From a virus: 64,000 nucleotides of DNA. The first letter of the stretch is position 1; each line of letters starts with the position of its first letter. Positions 55,048 to 64,000 of the stretch are shown in pieces. The DNA lies in UHGV virus genome UHGV-1384413, one strand, 5' to 3'. The position numbers and the translations under genes are program-made. The notes under the pieces are model-generated. The model was not told the origin of the DNA. It searched no databases and saw only the letters and a program-made list of their open reading frames with translations.

Positions 55048-55577
55048 TTCAAGTCTGCCTCCGGAGGTGCCAACCACATAAATGGTGGTAGGTCTAAACG
55101 GTTCTTCTTGTCCCACACAAAATATGCATATGCTTGCCCGTCAGTTCTGCCATTCGATTGGAATGATGGACGCTTAGATATTGTGATCACAGTGGTAGGG
55201 GCATTATCAAGCCACCATTCAAATCTGGCCTTGCTTTCCAGAAAATTAAGACGCAAAAGCATAATAACTACGTCGGCATCTTTCAACGCCTTGTCCACAA
55301 ACTCACGAGCCAGGCTGTACGGCGGGTTGGTGATAATACAGTCAACATGGTTGTATTCTGTATTCAGATAGTCAACACCTTCTTGGATTTCTCCCCATGC
55401 AGATCCTAACGGCATACGGGAGTAGAACACACCTGAGGCGCTATTCCTGCAAGGCTCCAAATAGGTCCAATCTTCTGGGAACGGAATGAGGTCATACAAC
55501 CCTTCTGCACACCACTCTGGTGTCACATATTCATCATAGGCGTTACGTTGTTCGTCAGGTTTTCTAGCACAAGTCAT
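55044..55577 (-). CDS. DNA N6-adenine methyltransferase, small phage Dam type
   Basis: 177 aa; DCIITNPPY (motif IV NPPY); size fits small phage Dam-type enzymes. Confidence 0.6.
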   Translation of the reverse strand: MTCARKPDEQRNAYDEYVTPEWCAEGLYDLIPFPEDWTYLEPCRNSASGVFYSRMPLGSAWGEIQEGVDYLNTEYNHVDCIITNPPYSLAREFVDKALKDADVVIMLLRLNFLESKARFEWWLDNAPTTVITISKRPSFQSNGRTDGQAYAYFVWDKKNRLDLPPFMWLAPPEADLK

Positions 55578-55591
55578 GCAAATCTCCAGAT

Positions 55592-55617
55592 CATAAAAGC
55601 CCTCCGAAGAGGGCTTT
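55592..55617 (-). terminator. intrinsic terminator (minus strand) downstream of the protease gene
   Basis: AAGCCCTC-cgaa-GAGGGCTT hairpin followed on the minus strand by TTTTAT; approximate coordinates. Confidence 0.5.
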
Positions 55618-55628
55618 AAGATTAATGT

Positions 55629-56678
55629 TTAAGCTTCTTCGATAATTCCTGCGCCCAGGATTTTTTCATTGAGCTCTTTTGCTGTTTTAATAATATTGTC
55701 CACCAGACGCTTGCGGGTCTTATCTTTAACCTGAACTTCTTCACCTCCGTTCAGGGTGGTTTTCAATTGGGACAAAATGTCCTGAAGCTCTACCACAGAG
55801 AATCGCTGCAGATCTTCCGAGGTAATCTCACTCAGTGCAATCTTAACGGTCTCACCACTCTCCATCTGCAGATTCAGGAACACAGTGTGAACATCACCTT
55901 TCATACCATTTGCTTTTGCAGACTCAACAGCGTGAACCAGCTCGTCCAGAGATGTGCATTGGTGAATCTCTGGCAGGCCTGCTTCGCCTAGCACACCTTC
56001 TTCATCACTTTTTGCCAAAAGCTTTTTCGGTTTCTGCCCATTCTGAATGCGCTGAATGTTTTCATCGTCCAGAATGATAGCACCAGTTCGAGCTGCCAGC
56101 TCTTCTCCATCCAACCACACTTCTCCACCAGCCGTGATGGATGCGATCTCATCTTCTGTCAGAACCCCACCGTAGTATTTTTCGATCAGGCGTTCAAAAC
56201 GTTTCTTCCAGTAGTTGACCTGAGTATTCATGTTCACACCGTTGCCATAGGTGCCACCTTGATAGTAGTGGAACATAAACTCTGTGTCCGGAGCCACAGT
56301 TCGTTCTTTGCAACCCAGCCATAAGATTGTTCCTGCTGAGCAGCACATCCCTTCAGCGTGTACAACAACGCTTGCCTGAGACTCGCGGAATGCCTGCAAA
56401 TACGCCATGGCAATGTGGACGCAACCACCAGGGCTGTTAACAATTACACGGATACTTTCTTCCGGCTGTGCCATACGAATTGTTTGCAAACGGGACATAT
56501 GATCCTGCAAATCATCAAGATCGTCAATATAAAGCACGTGGTCAACAACTGGCGTTGGGTAGCTGTATGTTTCCATAATACCACCAGGCATACCAAACAT
56601 TTTATTACTCATCGGTTCGAAGCCGTTCTGTTTTTCTTTCATGCCGTGTACCATGGTGCTGCGAGGTGTTAAATTCAT
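55629..56678 (-). CDS. ClpP-fold serine protease with C-terminal extension
   Basis: 349 aa; RVIVNSPGGCVHIAMAYLQAF, GMCCSAGTIL and FMFHYYQGG collinear with ClpP motifs as I recall them; about 180 aa of extra C-terminal sequence. Confidence 0.6.
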   Translation of the reverse strand: MNLTPRSTMVHGMKEKQNGFEPMSNKMFGMPGGIMETYSYPTPVVDHVLYIDDLDDLQDHMSRLQTIRMAQPEESIRVIVNSPGGCVHIAMAYLQAFRESQASVVVHAEGMCCSAGTILWLGCKERTVAPDTEFMFHYYQGGTYGNGVNMNTQVNYWKKRFERLIEKYYGGVLTEDEIASITAGGEVWLDGEELAARTGAIILDDENIQRIQNGQKPKKLLAKSDEEGVLGEAGLPEIHQCTSLDELVHAVESAKANGMKGDVHTVFLNLQMESGETVKIALSEITSEDLQRFSVVELQDILSQLKTTLNGGEEVQVKDKTRKRLVDNIIKTAKELNEKILGAGIIEEA

Positions 56679-56738
56679 GTGAGGTCCTTAATGTTGGAAA
56701 GTTAAAAGCGATCTATTTAAACCTGATTCTCATTTACT

Positions 56739-57050
56739 TTATTTAGCAATTACCATGGAATACTTACAATTGTCAGAAGCATCACAGGTCAACGATTGCC
56801 AGTCTACCACATACCACGTGTCATTGTCAACAATTACTTTATCCCCTGTTCTGTAAAATGTGTTGCTTTCAATAACACGGGACTCAGTGAAGAATCGGTG
56901 TCTTCGCTCACGTAGTAGCGCCAAGTTGATTATGTTACCACCGCTGTCCTTAATCCACACATTCTTGTATCCTTTGTTTGCCAAAATTGTCTCACCGTTA
57001 TAGACAAATAGGCAGTATATCTTATTCAGTCTCTCTTGTATTGTAGCCAT
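56739..57050 (-). CDS. hypothetical protein (103 aa)
   Basis: ORF in operon. Confidence 0.5.
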   Translation of the reverse strand: MATIQERLNKIYCLFVYNGETILANKGYKNVWIKDSGGNIINLALLRERRHRFFTESRVIESNTFYRTGDKVIVDNDTWYVVDWQSLTCDASDNCKYSMVIAK

Positions 57051-57149
57051 ACTGTCATTCTCCTTGTTTTGTTCGATAATACCTAAAACTTATCTGTTTG
57101 TCAATAATTGTTTTAGATATTTAAGGGTGGAATAACCACCCTTTTTGTA

Positions 57150-57938
57150 TTACTCGGAAACAGGCGTCCAAATATGATTTGCACGATCCTTAATAAGATT
57201 GAGTGCAATCTGACGACCCAACCCGGAACGAACGACATCATCTGGGCTATCAAAGCTAATCATCCCAACCTCAGGATCTGGATGACGAGTAAAGAAATCC
57301 GTTACCCATGCAAGCCCAGACTTACCAGGGATGTCACGTTGGCTATTATCACCCATGATTACAAGTGTGGCCTGATCAGAGATCCTTGTGATAATTGACA
57401 ACATCTCTTCAGGGTTAGTTTGCTGTGCCTCGTCAATTAGGACAAAGCATCGCTCATCGAAACTACGACCACGAATGCTTTCAACTTCACAGATCTCGAT
57501 ACGACTGTTCTGACCATCTCCCAGCATTGCGGCAAAAGCACCTTTGCCAACACGACGACAAATCGTGTCCATCATGCTTCGGAGATAGGGCCACAGTTTC
57601 TGCATTGCGTTTCCAGGTTTAAACCCTGAAGTCTTTCCTGTCTGAACGTAAGGGCGTGCAACAATGATCTTATCAATCTCGTTCTTACGCAAAAGATCAC
57701 CTGCATATGCGGATGCCATGAATGTCTTACCGGATCCAAACACACCGTTTACAATAATAATCTTACGCGATCCTAGATAATCAAGATACTTTTGCTGCTT
57801 TTTGTTCATTGGTCTGAGAGCTGGAGCTGTGTGCTCTCGTTCGTCAGCAAATTTCTCAGCAGCCTTACGCAGACGATCAGATTTGCGAGCCTCTTTGGCT
57901 TCATCACGCATGCGTTTTGTTTCTTTAGCTCGACCCAT
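57150..57938 (-). CDS. phoH: PhoH-like ATPase
   Basis: Walker A GVFGSGKTF; VLIDEAQQ Walker B; 262 aa. Confidence 0.75.
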   Translation of the reverse strand: MGRAKETKRMRDEAKEARKSDRLRKAAEKFADEREHTAPALRPMNKKQQKYLDYLGSRKIIIVNGVFGSGKTFMASAYAGDLLRKNEIDKIIVARPYVQTGKTSGFKPGNAMQKLWPYLRSMMDTICRRVGKGAFAAMLGDGQNSRIEICEVESIRGRSFDERCFVLIDEAQQTNPEEMLSIITRISDQATLVIMGDNSQRDIPGKSGLAWVTDFFTRHPDPEVGMISFDSPDDVVRSGLGRQIALNLIKDRANHIWTPVSE

Positions 57939-57976
57939 GTTGGGACTCCTTTCAGATTGAGATGTGTCAAGAACTT

Positions 57977-58327
57977 CTACTGCAACAGTTTTTCAATAGC
58001 CGCTTCCATGCTGCTTGCAACAGCCTGAACTCGGATATTCATCTCTTCTTGGCGGATCAGCTCCTTAAGCTCTTTAACGGTGAATTCTTTGGAGAAACCT
58101 TCCACCATAATCTTGTGCAAGGCTTCTTGCGTGTCTACTTGCAAGAACTTTTCCAGTTTGTTGGCAGAGGCCTCTAAATCGGCCCGAATACGTGGGTCAT
58201 CTGTTCGGTTCAGCATTAGGCGTAAGCCATCAAGATTGGTAGAAATAGCGTCTGCATGTTGAGTAACCAACCGTGGCAAAATGAGATCTACAAACTTACT
58301 GGCTAAATCAATACGCTCTTGTGTCAC
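57977..58327 (-). CDS. hypothetical protein (116 aa)
   Basis: GTG start overlapping stop of the upstream small peptide. Confidence 0.45.
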   Translation of the reverse strand: MTQERIDLASKFVDLILPRLVTQHADAISTNLDGLRLMLNRTDDPRIRADLEASANKLEKFLQVDTQEALHKIMVEGFSKEFTVKELKELIRQEEMNIRVQAVASSMEAAIEKLLQ

Positions 58328-58437
58328 TGTTGCACCCCCTCTTCATCTCCATGATATTTCTTTTCACGCTTGTGTTTTTTCTTAAGCTCAAGCGCAATCT
58401 CTTTCTTGTACGCCTTCTTCAAGGCTTTTTTAGCCAT
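58324..58437 (-). CDS. small lysine-rich peptide (37 aa), tentative
   Basis: ATG to TGA read on minus strand; MAKKALKKAYKKEIALELKKKHKREKK...; not in ORF track. Confidence 0.3.
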   Translation of the reverse strand: MAKKALKKAYKKEIALELKKKHKREKKYHGDEEGVQQ

Positions 58438-58499
58438 TTGGCACCTCCTCTGCTTTCATTACGATAATTATAACCAACTTACCAAAGCTTTGTCAACGA

Positions 58500-58973
58500 T
58501 TAGTCAACCTGAACCCAACCGCCTGCTACCTTTTTAAACATTCTTTGGTTATCGCTGCCTCGGAATGGTTTCTTTGTTGGTAAATCTTTTACATACTTGC
58601 CATCAATGATGATATCAGCCAGCTCAAGAACATCACTAGAGATATGCTCAAATGTGAACCCAGTATACACAAGAATAGTTTTCTTGTCACCAAACTTTTC
58701 CTTAATTCTCCTCATAAGTTTAATAATACCGGGCTCATTATACGTAGCCAAAGGCTCTCCACCAAGCAAAGAAATACCGCATATAGATTCATTGTCTAAA
58801 TCTGACAAAATTCTCTGCAAATCTTCTTCGGTGAATTCTCTTCCCTTATCTTTTGACCAAAATGCTTGATTAAAGCAACCAGGACAAGCGTGTGGGCACC
58901 CAGATACCCACAAGGCCGTCCTGAGACCTGGCCCTTCGGTGTAGGATATTTCTGTGTATCCGACAATATTCAT
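58500..58973 (-). CDS. nrdG: anaerobic ribonucleotide reductase activating protein (radical SAM)
   Basis: CPHACPGC (CxxxCxxC); 157 aa; adjacent to nrdD. Confidence 0.8.
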   Translation of the reverse strand: MNIVGYTEISYTEGPGLRTALWVSGCPHACPGCFNQAFWSKDKGREFTEEDLQRILSDLDNESICGISLLGGEPLATYNEPGIIKLMRRIKEKFGDKKTILVYTGFTFEHISSDVLELADIIIDGKYVKDLPTKKPFRGSDNQRMFKKVAGGWVQVD

Positions 58974-59086
58974 AAGTACTCCGCATCACATTTAGGACAA
59001 TGCCAAATAAAATCGTCCAGTGCCTTGCACCAACGAAGATTGCAATGACAACCACACTTGCAAATTTTATAAATACCTGACGACAT
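58970..59086 (-). CDS. small cysteine-rich zinc-ribbon peptide (38 aa), tentative
   Basis: AGGAGGTG RBS; MSSGIYKICKCGCHCNLRWCKALDDFIWHCPKCDAEYL; stop overlaps nrdG ATG; not in ORF track. Confidence 0.4.
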   Translation of the reverse strand: MSSGIYKICKCGCHCNLRWCKALDDFIWHCPKCDAEYL

Positions 59087-59149
59087 ACTGCACCTCCTAG
59101 TTTACTGTGTAACAACAATATGCCACATCCTTGTGGCTTTTGTCAAGTA

Positions 59150-61273
59150 TCAGCAACCACAGCTTCCGTAGTGCTTAACCCGTTCTATAACTTCCGCTTG
59201 CTTACCTTTGTTGTAAGGTCGGGAGTTTGGACTGGACAGATACCCAGATACACGTCTAATCACACTGATCGTTCCATCTTCATGGTTTCCGCACTCTGGG
59301 CATACAAAGCCTTTAGCTGTTGCACTGAACTCACCAGAGAATCCACACTTAAGACATTTATCCACAGGTTGGTTAATACCAAAATACATAATGTGTTTAT
59401 ACCCGAAATCGACAAGGGATTCCAAAGCATCCAGGTTGTTTTTCAGGTTAGGTGTTTCTATGTATCCAATGTTGCCGCCAGAAGAGATCATAGCAAAACC
59501 TTCCTCATACTTCCACTTGTCAAAAGGTGAGCTATTGATCCACACGGGTTGGTGGAAACTGTTGGTAAGGTATTCGTGCTCGTGCTTCAACACTTCAGGA
59601 TATTCACGATCTAGACATGTTGCAGCCTTATAGCACAAGCTCTCTGAAGGAGTGCCGTACAAGCTGAATGCCAGACCACTTTCTTTTTTGTACCGATCAC
59701 AAGCGTCTTTCATGTGTTGAAGGATCCCAAGAGCTAAGGACTTGTCTCCCTCTCTGCCTAAAATCTGGCAGGTTTCATACACACCAATATACCCAATACT
59801 TATGGAAGCATACCCGTCATAGAAGAGTTTATCAATACTCTCTTCAGGATCCAGGCGAGCAAGGGCCCCTTCACACCACATGATGGGGTTCTGCCCTGCC
59901 TTTGTTCCTTTTAGACGGTTAACCCTTACAAGGTGAGCCTCGTATGCCAGATCCAAGTACTCGTCAAGAACTGCAAAGAAATCAACACCTTCCGTTTTAG
60001 CTTTTGCCGCAATCATTGGTAGGTTAAGGCTAACAACACCTAAGTTGAATCTGCCAAGGTATTTCTCCTCTCCTGTTTCCAAGTCATTGTATTTGCTAAG
60101 AAAACTCCGGCAACCCATGCTTGTGACATTACCTTCTGTTGAACCTGTCACTTTTCTATTTAGTGGTACAGATACGAAGTCAGGATAAATCCGCTCTGCA
60201 GAGCATTCCAGAGCTAATCGTTTCAAATCATAGTTAGGATCCCCGGGGTTCATGTTGATACCCTCCTCCAGGAAGAACAGCACCTTAGGGAACACAGGTG
60301 TGATACGTTCTTCACCAAGACCCATTTTGTGGACTTTCAGGTAGTTTTTGGTAATCATTCTACCAAAGATTGAGGTATCCAGTCCTAAACTTAATGTGAT
60401 GAATGGGGTTTGCCCGTTGACAGAAGTTAACGTATTGATTTGGTATAGCAAAGTTTGCATACTATCAAACACGTCTTTATCCGTCATTTGCATTGCAACA
60501 GTCTCAGCATCAGGCAACCATTGTTCCTGACAAAATTTAAGATTCTTCTCATAGGTTGCTTCAGCATACTGCGCCAGATAATGATCAATATGGCTCATGG
60601 TCTGACCACCATATTGAGCACTAGCTACTGCACTAGAGATTTGGCTGAGGATTGTTGTTGCAACCCCTATTGACTTCGGCTTACTGACATGGGCGTTGCC
60701 AATGTTGAATCCGTTTTCCAGCATATCCGGATAATTCACCAAACAACAGTTTGTTAACGGACTGATCAGATAGTCAAGATCATGCACATGGATGAATCCC
60801 TTGTTGTGCTCTTCGGAGACACGATCTGGCAGTATCTGTGTTGATGCAAGGTGTTTGCTAAGGATACCTGCAAGCAGGTCACGATGAGTATGTACATGAT
60901 TAGTGGGCTTATTTGCGTTTTCTTTTGTAAATTCATCACAAGTTCGATCCAAGAAGCCACTAATATCTGCAAGCAGTTTTCCACCTGCCTCTCTGTTATT
61001 ATCTCTTGTCTGTCTATACTGGATATATTCTCTGGCTGCACATTTTAAACCCATATCCATAAGAGCATCTTCAACAAGGATATGGATATTTTTTACAGAG
61101 ATCGTGCACTGGTCGGTTGGTAGATTGTTGGCAACAACTTCATTAACCGCACAAGCGATCCGGTAAGCTTCTTCTTCAGTATGCCCAGATTCAAGTAAGG
61201 CGGACTCTGCCGCCTTGATTACCTTAACTCCGTTATAGACCTCTTCTCTACCGTCCCGTTTTACAACTTTCAC
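59150..61273 (-). CDS. nrdD: anaerobic ribonucleoside-triphosphate reductase (class III)
   Basis: 707 aa; C-terminal RRVSGY glycyl-radical motif; CLKCG...CPECG zinc ribbon; adjacent nrdG. Confidence 0.85.
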   Translation of the reverse strand: MKVVKRDGREEVYNGVKVIKAAESALLESGHTEEEAYRIACAVNEVVANNLPTDQCTISVKNIHILVEDALMDMGLKCAAREYIQYRQTRDNNREAGGKLLADISGFLDRTCDEFTKENANKPTNHVHTHRDLLAGILSKHLASTQILPDRVSEEHNKGFIHVHDLDYLISPLTNCCLVNYPDMLENGFNIGNAHVSKPKSIGVATTILSQISSAVASAQYGGQTMSHIDHYLAQYAEATYEKNLKFCQEQWLPDAETVAMQMTDKDVFDSMQTLLYQINTLTSVNGQTPFITLSLGLDTSIFGRMITKNYLKVHKMGLGEERITPVFPKVLFFLEEGINMNPGDPNYDLKRLALECSAERIYPDFVSVPLNRKVTGSTEGNVTSMGCRSFLSKYNDLETGEEKYLGRFNLGVVSLNLPMIAAKAKTEGVDFFAVLDEYLDLAYEAHLVRVNRLKGTKAGQNPIMWCEGALARLDPEESIDKLFYDGYASISIGYIGVYETCQILGREGDKSLALGILQHMKDACDRYKKESGLAFSLYGTPSESLCYKAATCLDREYPEVLKHEHEYLTNSFHQPVWINSSPFDKWKYEEGFAMISSGGNIGYIETPNLKNNLDALESLVDFGYKHIMYFGINQPVDKCLKCGFSGEFSATAKGFVCPECGNHEDGTISVIRRVSGYLSSPNSRPYNKGKQAEVIERVKHYGSCGC

Positions 61274-61548
61274 TTTTTCTCTCCAAAACCATTCTTAACA
61301 AAAGAGATGAAATCGTCAGCACCACCTATGTGGACACTATCAAGGTTGCTTTCCAAGAAGATCTGAGGCAACGTTCTGGGAACAAATGGACTACACTTCT
61401 CAATAAGCTCTTCTTTTGTGTATCCTTCACCGAGCGTCTTGTATACGAAAGGTATACCTTTGCTTGCTGCAAATTCTTTTGCTCTTACACAATGTGGGCA
61501 GTTATCCTTACCGTAGATGATAATGAAAAAAGATTTTTCACAGCTCAT
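61270..61548 (-). CDS. glutaredoxin-like redoxin (NrdH/Grx-like)
   Basis: 92 aa; CPHC active site; sits between nrdB and nrdD. Confidence 0.65.
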   Translation of the reverse strand: MSCEKSFFIIIYGKDNCPHCVRAKEFAASKGIPFVYKTLGEGYTKEELIEKCSPFVPRTLPQIFLESNLDSVHIGGADDFISFVKNGFGEKK

Positions 61549-61551
61549 GTA

Positions 61552-62640
61552 TTAAAACTCCCAAATTTCTTCTTCAGCGTCATTAACAGTTGTGTTGACG
61601 CGATAGTCGGTGTTAGACATTTCCTGGTTAGCCGTCTGTTGCAGTGAAGGTTTCATCCACACCTGCATAAACGGTAACGGGTCTTTTGTTGGCGGCACAA
61701 AGTCTTTGTCGATGTTATAGTAATCATAAATCGGTGAACAGTTATAGTCAACCCATTCTTTAAGTAATGGTGAGTTAAGCCCTATAATCGCCCTTCCTTC
61801 GCTGAAAATATAGTCACTCCAACCGTACTCCTTGATCCGTACTTCGTCAAGAATCTCTTTTAACTCTCCCTTAATCTCAAGAAAGCTTTGCTCCCATGTA
61901 GGATCATCAAGCAGGATATCGATGATAGCAAAATCACCTTTCGAATGCAGCATCTCATCAAGCATAATTTTTTGAACGAGTTGTGCAACTTGAACAAAAA
62001 TACCTTGCTCAGCTACTGCGAACGTACATGCAAAACTTGCAATAAACTCAATACTCTCTAGAGCTAAAAGTGCAAAAAGTGCTCTAAGGATACATTTCCG
62101 TACAACATCTTCTTCAACACTGGAAGGATCCAGTCGGTATTTTGCACCAATAACCTCAAGCTCTTGCATATATTTGACAATAACTCCAGACCTGCTTAGC
62201 ACGTTCTGGTTTTCCTGAATCTCTTCTATAATCTCACGAGCATTAGGAAGGCATTGTCTAACAATCTCTGAGTAAGTTAGTGCATGAAGAACCTCGATCT
62301 CAGACTGCTTCATCAACAAGGTGAAAAGTTCACTATTAGTGATAAATGGTGAAAACAGACAAATGATAGATCTTGCTGCAACACTGTCTGCCTCCCATTG
62401 CCACATCAGTGTCTGCACCATTACATCGTAAGTTGACTTTGAGCATGTTACGAAATCCGAAATAGACTGTGACAAATCTACTTCGTCCTCTGCCCAATCT
62501 TGTTCTTTTTGTTTTTTGTATAGTTCAAACAGCTGTGGGTACTTTTTGTTAATAGAGTCGTACATCCCCATCTGCTGTCCTAAAAACAGCGGATAATCAC
62601 CAGTTTTATGAGCAGTGTTCTCAGTATTAAATACAGCCAT
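61552..62640 (-). CDS. nrdB: ribonucleotide reductase class Ia small subunit
   Basis: Start at internal ATG (M31 of track ORF) with AGAGGTAG RBS, about 362 aa; downstream of nrdA; call rests on size and operon context. Confidence 0.7.
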   Translation of the reverse strand: MAVFNTENTAHKTGDYPLFLGQQMGMYDSINKKYPQLFELYKKQKEQDWAEDEVDLSQSISDFVTCSKSTYDVMVQTLMWQWEADSVAARSIICLFSPFITNSELFTLLMKQSEIEVLHALTYSEIVRQCLPNAREIIEEIQENQNVLSRSGVIVKYMQELEVIGAKYRLDPSSVEEDVVRKCILRALFALLALESIEFIASFACTFAVAEQGIFVQVAQLVQKIMLDEMLHSKGDFAIIDILLDDPTWEQSFLEIKGELKEILDEVRIKEYGWSDYIFSEGRAIIGLNSPLLKEWVDYNCSPIYDYYNIDKDFVPPTKDPLPFMQVWMKPSLQQTANQEMSNTDYRVNTTVNDAEEEIWEF

Positions 62641-62680
62641 TATTCTACCTCTAAAATGGGGCCGAAGCCCCTTTTTTAAA

Positions 62681-64000
62681 TTACAGTGCACAACTTTCGC
62701 AATACGGATCTTCAACTGAACTATCTGCAATCAAAGGATAGTTCTTTCTGGTTTCATCTTCAGCCTGTTTCTTCGCGTGAAGCTCCTCTGTCAAAGAGTC
62801 ACCAGCACCAACCCGAGAGTTTAAGTAATACCATGTCTTCATCCCGAATTTAGTAGCACGGATAAGATACCCCAGCTGCTCTTTCATTGAAATTTTACCA
62901 TCTTTCAACTTGGTGTAATCAATATATAGGTCAGCACTGATTGCCTGTCCTGTGAATTTTTGAATCACAGCATACATATCAATCATGTCGTTAGTATCAA
63001 CGTCCCAAGCCGAGGTATAATACTCTTTCAGTTCATCATATTCAGGAACGATAAACAGCACCTGTCCTTGTGGCGACTTTTTAAAGATAATGTGCTCACG
63101 GATAGGATAAACCCCGTTAGTGGTGTTTGTTGCCAGCGAAGAGCTTTCATTAGGCATATATGCTTCAAGAACGCTATTACGTAGCCCACCATTTTCAATG
63201 ATTTCTTTACGTAACCCTTCCCAATCCTGCTTAAGAGAAGGATCTTTCACCACACTATCGACCTCTTTGTTATAGGTGTCGATTGGTAACCAACCCTCCG
63301 GGTATTTTGTTTTATGCATCCACTCACAGACACCACGCTCTTTTGCCAATCGTAAACTTGCCTTATGCAAGCTGTAGCTGTGAAGTTCTGCAAGATCGTG
63401 AACAAGCTGTTTACTTTCAGGAGATCCGTAAGTAACCTTGTGGCTGGCAATAAAATGTGCAACATTAGTAAGGCCAACCCCAATGGATCTGCGTTTTTTA
63501 ACAGTGCTCTCCATATTTTCATACGGATATGTCATGATTTCCATAACATTGTCAATCATAAGCACCGTGTAGTATGCAACATCCTCATACTCCTCTGGGG
63601 TAACCCTTCCAGCTACAAGAGATGACAGGAAGCACAATGCAACTTCGCCATCATCAACATCGTACTTGAAGATATTACGCATATCTGAATAGCCTTTTGT
63701 CGGGAGGGCTATTTCTGCACACAGGTTACTTGAATAGATTACATCTTTAAAAGGTGTATGTCTATTCATCTCATCTGTCCAGTATACGTACAGCCTTCCA
63801 ACCTCGGTACGCTGCGTGATCAGCTCAACAGCAAGATCTCTAGCTCGGATCCATGTTTTAGGAATACTGTCATCTTTAGCGATACGATCAACCTCTGCAT
63901 CAAACTCCTCCATAGACATGGTGAAGATACCCTCATGCAGTTGAGGCGCATGCTTATAAGAAACAAGCATCCAATCTAAATTCTTAGCCACACGGTTGAT
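62681..64000 (-). CDS. nrdA: ribonucleotide reductase class Ia large subunit, C-terminal part; continues beyond window end
   Basis: SNLCAEIALP catalytic-Cys motif; C-terminal CESCAL tail; ATG at 63991 in the track is an internal Met. Confidence 0.8.
   Translation of the reverse strand: MNRVAKNLDWMLVSYKHAPQLHEGIFTMSMEEFDAEVDRIAKDDSIPKTWIRARDLAVELITQRTEVGRLYVYWTDEMNRHTPFKDVIYSSNLCAEIALPTKGYSDMRNIFKYDVDDGEVALCFLSSLVAGRVTPEEYEDVAYYTVLMIDNVMEIMTYPYENMESTVKKRRSIGVGLTNVAHFIASHKVTYGSPESKQLVHDLAELHSYSLHKASLRLAKERGVCEWMHKTKYPEGWLPIDTYNKEVDSVVKDPSLKQDWEGLRKEIIENGGLRNSVLEAYMPNESSSLATNTTNGVYPIREHIIFKKSPQGQVLFIVPEYDELKEYYTSAWDVDTNDMIDMYAVIQKFTGQAISADLYIDYTKLKDGKISMKEQLGYLIRATKFGMKTWYYLNSRVGAGDSLTEELHAKKQAEDETRKNYPLIADSSVEDPYCESCAL

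Noticed and set aside
55629-56678. Interpreting the ClpP-fold gene as the prohead protease of a structural module
   Set aside because: No portal, capsid or scaffold-sized genes flank it in this window; it is bracketed by a methyltransferase and phoH, so the structural assignment is unsupported here
62681-63991. Treating ATG at 63991 as the nrdA start
   Set aside because: A class Ia large subunit is about 750 aa; the frame is open to the window end and the listed Met is internal

Overview
The window reads as the early / DNA-metabolism region of a virulent tailed dsDNA phage of a Gram-negative (enterobacterial-type) host; I could not identify the phage by reading alone. Layout: a minus-strand block (1-5242) ending in a divergent promoter gap; a long plus-strand block (5385-40905) with a MoxR-type AAA+ ATPase, SleB-type cell-wall hydrolase, rIIA-like GHKL ATPase, Dda-like helicase, C5-methyltransferase-like protein, primase-helicase, family-A DNA polymerase, an SSB-like protein ending in DDDIPF, a TARG1/DarG-type macro-domain protein, and about 25 small genes behind near-consensus sigma70 promoters; a 2.5-kb gene-free gap (40.9-43.4 kb) rich in iterons and inverted repeats; and a compact minus-strand block (43.4-64 kb) of about 45 genes including an expanded small-paralog family, an HPF/RaiA ribosome-hibernation homolog, a Dam-type N6A methyltransferase, a ClpP-fold protease, PhoH, and a full aerobic plus anaerobic ribonucleotide reductase set (nrdA partial, nrdB, glutaredoxin, nrdD, nrdG). 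No tRNA, rRNA, CRISPR array, integrase or transposase was seen. Best candidates for something new: the macro-domain gene block (anti-ADP-ribosylation?), the HPF homolog, the dispersed MoxR / VWA-metallopeptidase pair, the structured non-coding region at 41.5-41.9 kb, and three repeat families. Functional calls rest on motifs read by eye, not on database searches; coordinates of features not anchored to the ORF track may be off by a few bases.
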